Origin: Thermoanaerobaculia bacterium
GTDB lineage: Bacteria > Acidobacteriota > Thermoanaerobaculia > Multivoradales > UBA5704
Length of the DNA: 64,000 bases
Direction: 5' to 3'
Assembly (NCBI GenBank): GCA_044226625.1
Contig: JBGAGQ010000005.1
Location: 32,001 to 96,000 of the forward strand
The translations under genes and the position numbers were made by a program. Position 1 is the stretch's first letter; every line of letters starts with the position of its first letter. The notes under the pieces are model-generated. The model did not search any database. It saw only the letters and a list, made by a program, of their open reading frames with translations, and was not told where the DNA came from. This document shows positions 47,451-57,244 of this stretch, piece after piece.

Positions 47451-48896
47451 ATGGCTCCCACCCCCGACGACTCCCCGCAGAACCCCCTCTACGAACGATA
47501 CGCCTCGCGCGAGATGATGCGGATCTTCTCGGCGAAACACCGATACGGCACCTGGCGGACGCTCTGGATCGCGCTCGCCGAAACGCAGCGCGAGCTCGGC
47601 CTGCCGATCTCGGAGGACCAGATCGCGGCGCTCCGCGCAACGGCGGACGACCTCGATCTCTCCCGGGTCGCCGAGCTCGAGCGGCGGACGCGTCACGACG
47701 TGGTCGCCCATCTCCGTCACTACGCGGAGCAGGCCGACGCGGTCTGCCCAGGGGCGGGGGGAATCCTCCACCTCGGCGCGACCTCGGCGTTCCTCACCGA
47801 CAACACGGACGCGGTCCTGATGCGCGACGGGCTTCGGCTCCTCGCCCGGCGGCTTGGCGCGGCGGCCCGCGCGCTCGCGGCCTTCGCCCGGCGGACGCGG
47901 GCGATTCCGACGCTCGCCTATACCCATCTGCAACCCGCGCAGCTCACCACCGTGGGCAAGCGCGCGAGCCTCTGGCTCCAGGACCTGCTCGAGGATCTGA
48001 CGGAGATCGACCGCCGTCTCGATCGACTACGCTGCCGCGGCGCCAAGGGGACGACCGGTACGCAAGCGAGTTTCCTCACGCTCTTTGCGGGCGATCACGA
48101 GAAGGTCCGCGCGCTCGACCGCCGTCTCGCCGAGAGGCTCGACTTCGCCGGAAGCTTTCCGCTCACCGGCCAGACTTACACGCGAAAACAGGACAGCCAG
48201 GTCCTGCAAACGCTGTCGGGTATCGGCGAGAGCTGCCATAAGTTCGGCACCGACCTGCGGTTGCTGCAGGGGATGGGTGAGCTGTCCGAGCCGTTCGATG
48301 CCGAACAGGTCGGCTCGTCGGCGATGGCCTACAAGCGGAATCCGGTGCGCTCCGAGCGGATGTGCGGACTCGCGCGCCGGTTGATCACGGATGCGCTCAA
48401 CGGTCCGCTCAACACCGCGACGCAATGGCTCGAGCGAAGCCTCGACGACTCGGCGAACCGACGCCTGGTGATCGCTGACATGTTCCTAACCGCCGACGCG
48501 GTGTCGAGTCTCGCGGCACACGTCGCGAGCGGCCTCGTGGTGCGGGAAACCTCGATCGCCGCACGGATTTCCCGCGAGCTTCCGTTCATGGCGACCGAGA
48601 CGCTGTTGATGGAATCGGCATTGCGCGGCGGCGACCGGCAAGAGCTGCACGAACGCATCCGGCGCTACAGCCTCGACACGCAAGCCGAGCTCGAACAGGG
48701 CGGAACGAATCGTCTTATCGAGCGGATCGCCGCGGATCCCGATTTTCGTTTGAGCCGCGAGGAGATCGAGCCCTGGCTCGATCCGCTCGCTTTCACCGGC
48801 CGCGCGGCCGAGCAGGTGGACGATTTTCTCCGCGAGGTCGCCGAGCCGCTCCTCGCCGACGTTGTCGAACAAGAGGTGGAAGCGCCGCGGATATAG
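47451..48896 (+). CDS. purB: Adenylosuccinate lyase
   Basis: RHDVVAH, HLGATS, THLQPAQ, GSSAMAYKRNP signature. Confidence 0.95.
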   Translation: MAPTPDDSPQNPLYERYASREMMRIFSAKHRYGTWRTLWIALAETQRELGLPISEDQIAALRATADDLDLSRVAELERRTRHDVVAHLRHYAEQADAVCPGAGGILHLGATSAFLTDNTDAVLMRDGLRLLARRLGAAARALAAFARRTRAIPTLAYTHLQPAQLTTVGKRASLWLQDLLEDLTEIDRRLDRLRCRGAKGTTGTQASFLTLFAGDHEKVRALDRRLAERLDFAGSFPLTGQTYTRKQDSQVLQTLSGIGESCHKFGTDLRLLQGMGELSEPFDAEQVGSSAMAYKRNPVRSERMCGLARRLITDALNGPLNTATQWLERSLDDSANRRLVIADMFLTADAVSSLAAHVASGLVVRETSIAARISRELPFMATETLLMESALRGGDRQELHERIRRYSLDTQAELEQGGTNRLIERIAADPDFRLSREEIEPWLDPLAFTGRAAEQVDDFLREVAEPLLADVVEQEVEAPRI

Positions 48897-49160
48897 CGGG
48901 CCGTGGGCTATCGGCGGGCGAGTGAGGTGCCGCCGCGAGGCTGAAAATTCGCCTGTGTTACACTTTCGACGCTCGCCGTAGTCGTGCGTAGGCATCAAGC
49001 CGTGGGACTCGTCTCCGGAGTCGCTCCGGGCGAACGAGCGAAGTGCATGTCACACGACCCGCACGTTGGACCCGACCGCGTGGCGCGATCGGTGTCGCGA
49101 AACTCTTCGCGATGCATATCGGATGCCGCGGCCGCTTCTCTCCGAGGGCGAGGGCGGCGC

Positions 49161-49784
49161 ATGCTTCAGGCCGCGATCCTCCTCCTGGGACCGTGGCTCT
49201 TCTTTGGCTGCTCGGGTCTGCGTAAACCGATCTCTCCTCCCGCCTCACCTTCGATCGGGCCTTTCTACTCCAAGGGCGTTGCGTCCTGGTATGGCCGCGA
49301 ATTCCATGGCCGGCGGACGGCGAACGGCGAACGCTACGATCAATACGGATTCACGGCTGCGCATCGCACGCTGCCTTTCGGCACTCGGCTTCTGGTCACC
49401 AACCTCCAGAACGGGATGAGCACCGTGGTCAAGGTGAACGACCGCGGGCCGTTCGCCAAAGACCGCATCCTCGATCTGTCGTACGGCGCGGCGAAGGCGA
49501 TCGGCATGGTGGGACCGGGAACGGCGAGCGTTCAGCTCGAGCTCGTCGACGGTCCGGCGCCGCCGCCGCGCTATACCGTGCAGGTGGGCGCGTTCGCGGC
49601 GGCCGAGCGCGCGACGGAGTTGCACGATCGGTTGATGGGAACGTTTCCCGAGGTGAACGTCCAGACCGACGGCACGTGGTATCGCGTGCGCGTCGGCACG
49701 TTCGGCGAACGCGATCAGGCCGAAGGGATGCGGCGCGAGCTCGCCGCGCTCGGCATGTCGGCGTTCGTGATCGCGGCGCAGTAG
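49161..49784 (+). CDS. rlpA: Septal ring lytic transglycosylase RlpA (DPBB + SPOR)
   Basis: Lipobox FFGC; GVASWYG, TAAHRTLPFG, NDRGPF, DLS; SPOR YTVQVGAF. Confidence 0.92.
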   Translation: MLQAAILLLGPWLFFGCSGLRKPISPPASPSIGPFYSKGVASWYGREFHGRRTANGERYDQYGFTAAHRTLPFGTRLLVTNLQNGMSTVVKVNDRGPFAKDRILDLSYGAAKAIGMVGPGTASVQLELVDGPAPPPRYTVQVGAFAAAERATELHDRLMGTFPEVNVQTDGTWYRVRVGTFGERDQAEGMRRELAALGMSAFVIAAQ

Positions 49785-49871
49785 CCCGACGTTTTCAGCA
49801 CCGTTTCGATCTCCCCGCCTTCCTTCGCGCAGGGCTCGGTGAAGATCTTCGCCGTGGAAGGAATTGGGTTG

Positions 49872-49909
49872 AAAAGAAGAAGAGCCTCGCGGTAACCCAC
49901 GCGAGGCTC
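49872..49909 (-). terminator. Terminator of HU gene
   Basis: GAGCCTCGCG / CGCGAGGCTC stem, T-rich tract on minus strand. Confidence 0.7.
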
Positions 49910-49947
49910 GAGATTTCTTCGGCGAACGGGCGCCGGAAAAAAACCGC

Positions 49948-50247
49948 CTACCGCTTGCGGCTCTTCTTGTTGACGGCTTCCTTGAGCTCTTTGCCCGCCT
50001 TGAAGCGGACGCTCTTGCTGGCCTTGATCGTGATCGTGGCCCCGGTGGCGGGGTTGCGACCCTTGCGCGACGCGCGCTCGGAGATCGAGAAGCTTCCGAG
50101 CCCGGTCACTTTCACAGTGCCGTCGGCGTGAAGGTGCCTGCGCACCGACGCCACGACCGCCTCGAATGCCTCGGCTGCTTGACGCTTGGTCAACCCTTCG
50201 ACGGCACCCGCGATATCTTCAACGATTTGCGCCTTACCAGCGGCCAT
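49948..50247 (-). CDS. hup: HU/IHF-family DNA-binding protein
   Basis: GLGSFS, RKGRNPATG, FKAGKELKEAVN. Confidence 0.95.
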   Translation of the reverse strand: MAAGKAQIVEDIAGAVEGLTKRQAAEAFEAVVASVRRHLHADGTVKVTGLGSFSISERASRKGRNPATGATITIKASKSVRFKAGKELKEAVNKKSRKR

Positions 50248-50352
50248 ACTGTCTCCTCCTTGGATTTCGCTCACTCAGGTGAAACGGTGGTCACAACATA
50301 AGTCAACACCGACGGCCTGTCAAGGCGCGTCGGCGGCACGAAAACCCGCATC

Positions 50353-51768
50353 TTACGGGGCTTTTTCGAGCACGTGGACGGAAAAACCGTCATGCTCGTC
50401 GGCGGTTAGCAGGCGCCAGAACCCGGGTCCGAGAACGCCGCGCGCGATCTGCGGCGAGACCAGCGCGGCGAGGTCGAGCGGCTTGAAATCCGGCCTGCCC
50501 GCGAGGAACCGGGCGATCACGTGCTCGTTCTCTTCCTCCTCGAGCGAGCAGGTGATCGCGACCAGCAAGCCGCCGGGCGCTACCGCCTCCGCACTCCCTT
50601 CGAGCAGGCGGTGCGCCTGATGCGCGAGGCGTCCGATCTCCGACTCGCTGATCCGCCACTTGAGCTCGGGGTTCTTGCGTAGCGTGCCCGTGCCCGTACA
50701 CGGAAGGTCGAGGACGACGCGGTCGAAAGCGCCCGCGGTGAACGGTGGCGCGCCCGCGTCGCCGATCAGGCCCGGCATCTTGCGGCCGAGCCGCCGGAGG
50801 TTCGCGGCGAGCGTGCCGAAGCGTCCCGGCGAGATGTCGGCGAGCGTGAGCCGGACGGTAGGTTCCCAGGCGAGCAGGGAAAACGCCTTGCCGCCGGGCG
50901 CCGCAGCGGCGTCGAGGATCCGCTCGCCTGGACGCGGCGGCGGGATCAGCGCGGAGGCCTGGCTCGCCTCGTCTTGGACGTAGAAGTTGCCGGCGCGGAA
51001 CGCTTCGGTCGCGAACGGCTGGCCGCTGCGCACGGTGAGACCGAGCGTCGAGAGCGGCGTCGGCTCGACCTCGAGACCGGCGTCGATGAGCTCTTCGGCG
51101 AGCAGCTCACGGCCGCCGCGATCGCGAAAGGCGAGGATCTGGATCGGCCGCTGGCGATTGTTCGCCGCGAGCAGGGCGCGAGTCTCCTCTTCTCCAAAGC
51201 GAGCGAGCCAGCGGCGGACCAGGAAGTCGGGATGACTGAGCTCGATCCCCAATCGGCGGACCGGATCGGCGTCGTCGATCCGCCATTCCTCCAATCGGGG
51301 GGCGCGCGCGATCCGGCGCAACACCGCGTTGACGAACCCGGCGGCACCGCGGTGCGCGAGATGGTGCACCTGCTCGACGGCCTCGTGGACCGCGGCGTGC
51401 GCCGGCACGCGGTCAAGGAACAACAGCTGGTAGGCGCCGATCCGCAGCGGTGACCAGAGCGCGGCTTCGATCTGTTCGAGCGGCCGGTTCGCCGCGCGGG
51501 CGACCACGTGGTCGAGCAGCCGAAGCCAACGCAGGCTGCCAAGCGAGAGCTCGGTGAGCAGCGCCTGATCGCGCTCGTCGAACCGGTCGAGCGCGCTCGC
51601 CAGGAAGGTGTCGACGGGGGCGTGCGAGGCGAGCACCCGATCGAGAACCCACGCGGCGGCGATGCGCACGTTGTCCTGCGGCGTCCGGCGCGGCGTGAGC
51701 CTGCGGCTGGGGGGTGGTCCGGCCGAGGAGGCGCGTGCGGACGGCGCGATGGGACGATGTCGGCTCAA
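50353..51768 (-). CDS. rsmB: 16S rRNA m5C967 methyltransferase RsmB/Sun
   Basis: NusB-like N-terminus (GFVNAVLR), SHP, VQDEASQ, AAPGGK, DLPCTGTG, TCS; follows fmt; start approximate (TTG). Confidence 0.9.
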   Translation of the reverse strand: MSRHRPIAPSARASSAGPPPSRRLTPRRTPQDNVRIAAAWVLDRVLASHAPVDTFLASALDRFDERDQALLTELSLGSLRWLRLLDHVVARAANRPLEQIEAALWSPLRIGAYQLLFLDRVPAHAAVHEAVEQVHHLAHRGAAGFVNAVLRRIARAPRLEEWRIDDADPVRRLGIELSHPDFLVRRWLARFGEEETRALLAANNRQRPIQILAFRDRGGRELLAEELIDAGLEVEPTPLSTLGLTVRSGQPFATEAFRAGNFYVQDEASQASALIPPPRPGERILDAAAAPGGKAFSLLAWEPTVRLTLADISPGRFGTLAANLRRLGRKMPGLIGDAGAPPFTAGAFDRVVLDLPCTGTGTLRKNPELKWRISESEIGRLAHQAHRLLEGSAEAVAPGGLLVAITCSLEEEENEHVIARFLAGRPDFKPLDLAALVSPQIARGVLGPGFWRLLTADEHDGFSVHVLEKAP

Positions 51769-51790
51769 TACGGTCTCCGGATCGGAGGGA

Positions 51791-52783
51791 TTACGAGAAA
51801 CGAGCGCCGGCCGAGAGCCGCTCGCCGTTGGCGAAATCGGCGGCCGGAAGCGGGCGACGTCCGGGGCGTTGGAGCTCCAGGATTTCGAGCACCCCTTCGC
51901 CGCAGGCGACTCGCAGCGCCCCGTCCGCGACGCCGAGGATCGTGCCTGCCGTCGAATCGACAGAGATCTCACGATCCACGCCGTCCATGCTCGCACCCAT
52001 CGACGTGGCTTCTGGCGTCCGGCGTGCCCGCGCGCGGACGATTTTAACCGGCTCGCCGGAAAGCTGCGCCGTAAGCCCCGGCCAGGGGGTGTACGCGCGC
52101 AGGCGGTCGGCGAGGGCGCGCGCCGAGAGGGACCAATCGACGCGCCCGGCCTCTTTGGCGATGCGCGGCGCGTAGGTCGCGCGCTCGTCGTCCTGGCGAA
52201 CGGGTTCGAGATCGCCCTCCTCGAGGCGCTCGAGCGTCGTGAGAATCAACTGGGCGCCAACCTCGGCGAGGCGTGGCGCGAGCTCCCCGGCGGTCTCGTC
52301 CGGGCCGATCGCCAAACGCTCGATGAGCAGGATCGGGCCGCTGTCGAGCCCCTTCTCCATCCGCATCGCGGTGACGCCGGTCTCCGCGTCGCCCGCGGCG
52401 ATCGCGGCTTGGATCGGGGCGGCGCCGCGATAGGCCGGAAGCAGCGAGGCGTGGAGGTTGACGCAGCCGAGCCTGGGGGCGTCCAGCAGGCGCACGGGAA
52501 AGATCTGACCGAAGGCCACGACGATCGCGACGTCGAGCTCGAGCGCCTCGATCTTCGCCAAGAACTCCGGATCGCGGACCTTCTCCGGTTGGACGAGCGG
52601 CAGACTCGCGGCGACCGCATAGCGGGCGACCGGAGGCTGCGCAAGGCGGCCGCCGCGCCCAGCGGGCCGATCGGGTTGGCAGACCACGAGCAGCGGCGCC
52701 CGCCCCGCGCGCACCAGCGCGTCGAGGGTGGGAACCGCGAAATCGGGGGTACCGAAGAAGGCGAGACGGCGGACCGGCGGCAT
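51791..52783 (-). CDS. fmt: Methionyl-tRNA formyltransferase
   Basis: FFGTPDFA, QPDRPAGRG, NLHASLLPAYRGAAPI, GLDSG. Confidence 0.95.
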   Translation of the reverse strand: MPPVRRLAFFGTPDFAVPTLDALVRAGRAPLLVVCQPDRPAGRGGRLAQPPVARYAVAASLPLVQPEKVRDPEFLAKIEALELDVAIVVAFGQIFPVRLLDAPRLGCVNLHASLLPAYRGAAPIQAAIAAGDAETGVTAMRMEKGLDSGPILLIERLAIGPDETAGELAPRLAEVGAQLILTTLERLEEGDLEPVRQDDERATYAPRIAKEAGRVDWSLSARALADRLRAYTPWPGLTAQLSGEPVKIVRARARRTPEATSMGASMDGVDREISVDSTAGTILGVADGALRVACGEGVLEILELQRPGRRPLPAADFANGERLSAGARFS

Positions 52784-52869
52784 TCGGGCGCGATGGTAAC
52801 ACCCCGGCCCGAAACGGAACGCGCCCCGCGGGGCGGGGCGCGTCCGACCTCACGGCACGGGGAGGAAGC

Positions 52870-54093
52870 CTAGAGCGGGTTGCCGATCTGAATGTCGCGC
52901 TCGCCGATCAGGATCGAGACTCCGTGATCGTCGATCACCACCACGTTGATCGAGTGCCGGCCGTTGGAAAACTGCGTCGTGTCGAGCGAGAAGGACCAGT
53001 TGGCGATCGTGCTCTCGGGATAGCCCGGGTACTGGACGTTGACCCCGGGGCTCGAGATGCCGCGAATGGCATGACCCTGGAACGCGCCGTCCACGTAGAC
53101 TTGGATCGTATCGATCCCTTCCCAGTCGAGCGCCCAGCCGCGCGCCTCGACGGTGCCGGCGTAGGTGAGACCCTTCGTGGGATAGCCGATCAGGCCGAAC
53201 GAATTTTCGTTTCCGAGGTCCTCGTCGCAGCTGAAGTTGACCGGCATCTCGGCGATGTTGACCACCTGGCCGAACAGGTCGCCGGCGCGAACGGTGAGCG
53301 TGTGCGCGCCGGGGCCGTAGCCGAACGCCATCAGCTGGCCGATGTCGAGCACGAAGCGCCAGCCCGCGTGCGGGCTGTTGGGCAGGCCCGGAAACTGATT
53401 CTCGATGTCGAGCCGGCGCACGCCGTAGCACTCGGTCAGGCCGCCGGTGGCGGTCTGGTAGAAGCAGTCGGACTGGGTGTTGTAGAGCACTGCGCGGTCG
53501 AGCAGGAGCTCGACGTATCCGATCCCCGTGTCGTCGACTTGAACCCCGGAGTCGAGCGCCCAGCCGGTGACGGCGTAGAGCCTCCGAGGACCGCTGTCGA
53601 GCGCGCAGCGGCCGCGCATCTCGGCGTTCTGGTTCGGGAACTCGATCTTGCCGAACGGGATCAGGTTGTGCGTCACGTTGTTGAACGTGAAGACCTTGCT
53701 GTTGAGCAGGGAGACCTCGCCGCTCCGCGACAGCACCCGCGGCTGGACGCGGTGGGTGCCGTTCAAGAAGCGGGTGGTGTCGAGCTGGTAGGCGAACCCG
53801 GGCAGATCCGAATCGGGATAGCCCGGAAACTGCCGCGTCACCTGGGGCCGGCTGCGACCGTAGGTGGTGCGGCCGACGAGGATGCCGTCGACCATGATGT
53901 CGACCGCGGCGATCCCGTTGTCGTCGAGCGCCCAGCCGAACAGCGGCATCTGGCCCGAGCCGGCGTTGCCGCCTCCGACCTTGCCTCCGAACGAGCCGAA
54001 CGGGGCCGCGGCGTGCGCCGGCAGAGCGCCCATGAAGGCCACGAGGGCGATCGAGGCGAAGATCGCCCCGGCGAGGATTCGATTGCGCTTCAT
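52870..54093 (-). CDS. Secreted protein with three tandem Ig-like 'GWALD' domains
   Basis: Signal peptide; three repeats of FG...GWALD...(F/Y)PG.P.S...LD. Confidence 0.75.
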   Translation of the reverse strand: MKRNRILAGAIFASIALVAFMGALPAHAAAPFGSFGGKVGGGNAGSGQMPLFGWALDDNGIAAVDIMVDGILVGRTTYGRSRPQVTRQFPGYPDSDLPGFAYQLDTTRFLNGTHRVQPRVLSRSGEVSLLNSKVFTFNNVTHNLIPFGKIEFPNQNAEMRGRCALDSGPRRLYAVTGWALDSGVQVDDTGIGYVELLLDRAVLYNTQSDCFYQTATGGLTECYGVRRLDIENQFPGLPNSPHAGWRFVLDIGQLMAFGYGPGAHTLTVRAGDLFGQVVNIAEMPVNFSCDEDLGNENSFGLIGYPTKGLTYAGTVEARGWALDWEGIDTIQVYVDGAFQGHAIRGISSPGVNVQYPGYPESTIANWSFSLDTTQFSNGRHSINVVVIDDHGVSILIGERDIQIGNPL

Positions 54094-54322
54094 CGCTCTA
54101 CCTCCAGGATGGTTCGAGCCCTACTCACCGTCCGGCCCGGACGCTCCCTCCTTGATCCCAGACGAAACTTCAGACGACAAAAGAACGACAAAAAGGGTCG
54201 GGGCAGCGAAAGTACGGTCGTGTTTCAGCCAGAAACGGGCTTGAAAACCGTGAGTCTTTGCCGGGATCGTACGGCAGCCCCGCGAAAAAAGTCAATTTGG
54301 ATCGGGACTTAAGCGTCGGATT

Positions 54323-55327
54323 TCAGCCCTGACCGGCGGCCTCCGCGCCGGGAGCGGGTTTGGCCGGGTCCTCGGCGAGCCCGCCGAGGAATTCTTCGAC
54401 GAGCGACGGGAGCCTTTCGACGTCGTAACCCCCTTCGAGGACCGCCAGGAGCCGCCCTCCCGCCACCTCGCGGGCGAGCGCGGCGAGCTGTCGCCCCCAG
54501 GCGGCGAAGCCTTCCGCCGAAACCGCCATGCCTCCCAGAGGATCGTTCCGCCAAGCGTCGAATCCCGCGGACAGCAGGAGCACGTCGGGGCGAAAGGTCG
54601 ACAGCGCCGGAAGGATCTTCGCCGCGAACGCCTCGGCGAACTCGGGATCCCCGGCCCCCGCCGGCAGCGGAACGTTGAGGGTCGCGCCGAGCCCGGCGCC
54701 GCGGCCGATCTCGCCCGCCGCGCCGGTTCCCGGATAGAACGGAAACTGATGGGTGCTGGCGTAGAAGACGTCCGCCCTCGCCTCGAACAGGTGCTGGGTG
54801 CCGTTGCCGTGGTGGACGTCGAAGTCGAAGATCGCCACCCGCTCGAAGCCCTTCCGTCGGAGGTGCTCCGCGGCGACCGCCACGTTGTTGAAGTAGCAGA
54901 AACCCATGGCGAGCGCGCGCTCGGCGTGATGTCCGGGCGGACGCACCGCGGCGAAGGCGCGGCCCCCCGCCGCCGCGTGATCCGCCGCGGCGAGCGTCGC
55001 CGAGACCGCTCCCCAGGCGGCTTCCCAGGTCCCCTCGGACAGGGGGTTGTCGGCCGAATCGAGCAGAGCGTCGCCGCGCTCGGACGCGCGGCGAAACCGC
55101 TCGACGTACGCCGGATCGTGGACCGCGGCGACGGCCGCCTCGGCGGTCGCGCGATCCGCCCCGATCTCGTCGATCGGCCAGCCGCGCGAGCGCAGATGCT
55201 CGACGACGCGAGCCAGGCGATCGGATCGTTCGGGATAGCCGCGCGGGGGCCGATGCTGGAGGCACCGGGGCTCGGTGAAGATCCGCACTGGGGACCGTCC
55301 CGACGGTTCGCTCTGGGGCTCGCTCAT
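54323..55327 (-). CDS. Histone deacetylase family (class II-like) amidohydrolase
   Basis: RPPGHHA, GFCYFNNVA, DFDVHHGNGT, SAGFDA, LEGGY. Confidence 0.93.
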   Translation of the reverse strand: MSEPQSEPSGRSPVRIFTEPRCLQHRPPRGYPERSDRLARVVEHLRSRGWPIDEIGADRATAEAAVAAVHDPAYVERFRRASERGDALLDSADNPLSEGTWEAAWGAVSATLAAADHAAAGGRAFAAVRPPGHHAERALAMGFCYFNNVAVAAEHLRRKGFERVAIFDFDVHHGNGTQHLFEARADVFYASTHQFPFYPGTGAAGEIGRGAGLGATLNVPLPAGAGDPEFAEAFAAKILPALSTFRPDVLLLSAGFDAWRNDPLGGMAVSAEGFAAWGRQLAALAREVAGGRLLAVLEGGYDVERLPSLVEEFLGGLAEDPAKPAPGAEAAGQG

Positions 55328-55382
55328 GGGGTCTCGGGGCCTTTCCGTGCTGCGTGAGGCGTCGCTGGATTCAGCGGGCTGA

Positions 55383-56252
55383 TCATACCGGAGCGGCCTC
55401 TTGCCTCCGGGGTTGGGACGGTGGCCCGGCGTGGCGCTTCGGCTCGGCGAGGGCCGCGCCGCGACGGGTGCCGTGGACGCCCCGGGCGCGTACGGGCAGG
55501 TCGATCCCCGCCTCGGCTAGACGGAGCCGGGTGCGGCCGACGATCGAGTCGATGGTTTCGGGCCGCAGGCGACCCGAGCAGGCGTCCGAGATCTGCCGGC
55601 TGCTCCAACCCGCGAGGCCGAGGCTTACGATCACGACATCCCGTCCGGGCGTCCTGCCGCCGACGATCTCGCGCCACGACCGGGCGGTCTTGCGCCAAAG
55701 GTCGAGCGCGAGGAGGGCGCGCTCCTGCGTGGGCGCGCGGTCGGCGACCGTCGCGAGGCTCTCGACGGCGATGTCGGAGAGGCCCCTAAGGCGGCCGCAG
55801 CCGCGCTTGAGCGCCCGCTCCTTGCGGACGGCGTCGAACGCCAACCGCTCGCCGACCCGGGCGAGAAAACCCGAGAGCCCTCGCTCACCGCCGTTCTCCG
55901 GCGCCAGACGGCCGCAGACCAGGAGGCGGCAATAGCTCTCCTGGGCGATCTCCTCCACGTCTTCGGACTTGGGTTCGACCCCCGCTCGACGGAGCGCGCG
56001 ATGGATCGAGGCGCGGAGGCGCGGCGAATGGCGCTCGACGAGGGCCCGCCAGCGCTCCTCGGTCGCGTCGCGTTCCGCGAGTCGCGGACAGGGCGTCGGT
56101 CGGCGCGGCCGGTGGGGGAGACCGCGATCGAGGCGAGCCGGGCTCGCGACCGGCGAGGAGGATCGACCGGAGGTCGGGGACGGCGAAGAAGGCTGGGTCG
56201 GGGTGCGTCGCGAGGACTTCGCGGAAGGCGCTTCGGGCTTCGTGGGTTTCAT
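55383..56252 (-). CDS. Divergent ECF-type sigma-70 factor-like protein
   Basis: Region 2-like (WRALVERH...EDVEEIAQESYCRL, FLARVGERLAFD) and region 4-like (GWSSRQIS...TIDSIVGRTRLRL); GGAG RBS; long S/P-rich N-tail. Confidence 0.65.
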   Translation of the reverse strand: MKPTKPEAPSAKSSRRTPTQPSSPSPTSGRSSSPVASPARLDRGLPHRPRRPTPCPRLAERDATEERWRALVERHSPRLRASIHRALRRAGVEPKSEDVEEIAQESYCRLLVCGRLAPENGGERGLSGFLARVGERLAFDAVRKERALKRGCGRLRGLSDIAVESLATVADRAPTQERALLALDLWRKTARSWREIVGGRTPGRDVVIVSLGLAGWSSRQISDACSGRLRPETIDSIVGRTRLRLAEAGIDLPVRARGVHGTRRGAALAEPKRHAGPPSQPRRQEAAPV

Positions 56253-56463
56253 CGGCCGCTCCAGGGAAGGGAGCGGGAAGTGGCGTGAGCGCTTTAGCGG
56301 GAGCGACGAAAACGCCGGAAACGAAAAGCCCTTCGGTCCTCGTGGCGATCCGACGAACGGACCGTGCCGCGAGGAGCGAAGGGCAAAGAGATCTTACTCG
56401 AAAGCTCTTGGCTGCGGAAGCCCCGCGCCGGAGCGGGGCCATTCCGTGGGAAAATGACAGCCT

Positions 56464-57168
56464 ATGACTCGGCTCTCGGTCGTCATCCCGGCCTACAACG
56501 AACGCGCCACGATCCACAACCTGCTCCAGAAGGTCGCGGCGGCCCCGTTGCCGCCCGAGGTTGCGCTCGAGATCGTCGTGGTCGACGACGGCTCCAAGGA
56601 CGGAACGCGCGAGCTGCTGCGCGAGATCGCGACGAACGGCGAACCGCCGCTCCTCTTGATCGAGCAGCCGGAAAACCGTGGCAAGGGCGCGGCGATCCGC
56701 ACCGGCTTCGCCGCCGCGACCGGCGACGTCCTGCTGATCCAGGACGCGGATCTCGAGTACGACCCGCGCGACTACCCGGTCCTGCTCCAGCCGATCCTCG
56801 ACGACGAGGCGGACGTGGTCTACGGCTCGCGTTTCCTCGGCGGGCCGCACAGGGTGCTCTTCTACTGGCACTCAGTGGGGAACAAATTCCTCACCATGCT
56901 GTCTAACATGATGACCGACCTGAACCTGTCGGACATGGAGACCTGCTACAAGGTGTTCCGCCGCGAGGTCCTCGACGGCATCGTGCTGCGCTCGAACCGC
57001 TTCGGCATCGAGCCCGAGCTGACCGCCAAGGTGGCGAAGCGGGGCGCCCGGGTTTTCGAGGTGCCGATCTCGTATCGCGGTCGGACCTACGCGGACGGCA
57101 AGAAGATCGGCTGGAAGGACGGCTTTTCCGCCATTTGGTCGATCCTCCGCTACAATTTCTCGGACTAA
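56464..57168 (+). CDS. GT2 glycosyltransferase (DPM1-like)
   Basis: [42 protein letters not shown]. Confidence 0.93.
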   Translation: MTRLSVVIPAYNERATIHNLLQKVAAAPLPPEVALEIVVVDDGSKDGTRELLREIATNGEPPLLLIEQPENRGKGAAIRTGFAAATGDVLLIQDADLEYDPRDYPVLLQPILDDEADVVYGSRFLGGPHRVLFYWHSVGNKFLTMLSNMMTDLNLSDMETCYKVFRREVLDGIVLRSNRFGIEPELTAKVAKRGARVFEVPISYRGRTYADGKKIGWKDGFSAIWSILRYNFSD

Positions 57169-57244
57169 GCCGTTCCCCGACCGCCACCTCCTTCGCGCTC
57201 CAGGGCAAGACGAATCGGCACGCGGTCCCGTACCAAGAGGGCGC

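Noticed and set aside
54323-55327. Eukaryote-like histone deacetylase as a novelty
   Set aside because: HDAC-family deacetylases are widespread in bacteria
55885-56400. Alternative-frame segment (…DETHEARSAFREVLATHPDP…) suggesting a frameshifted sigma gene
   Set aside because: The 56252 ATG has a proper RBS and an uninterrupted frame; no slippery site or homology evidence for the other frame
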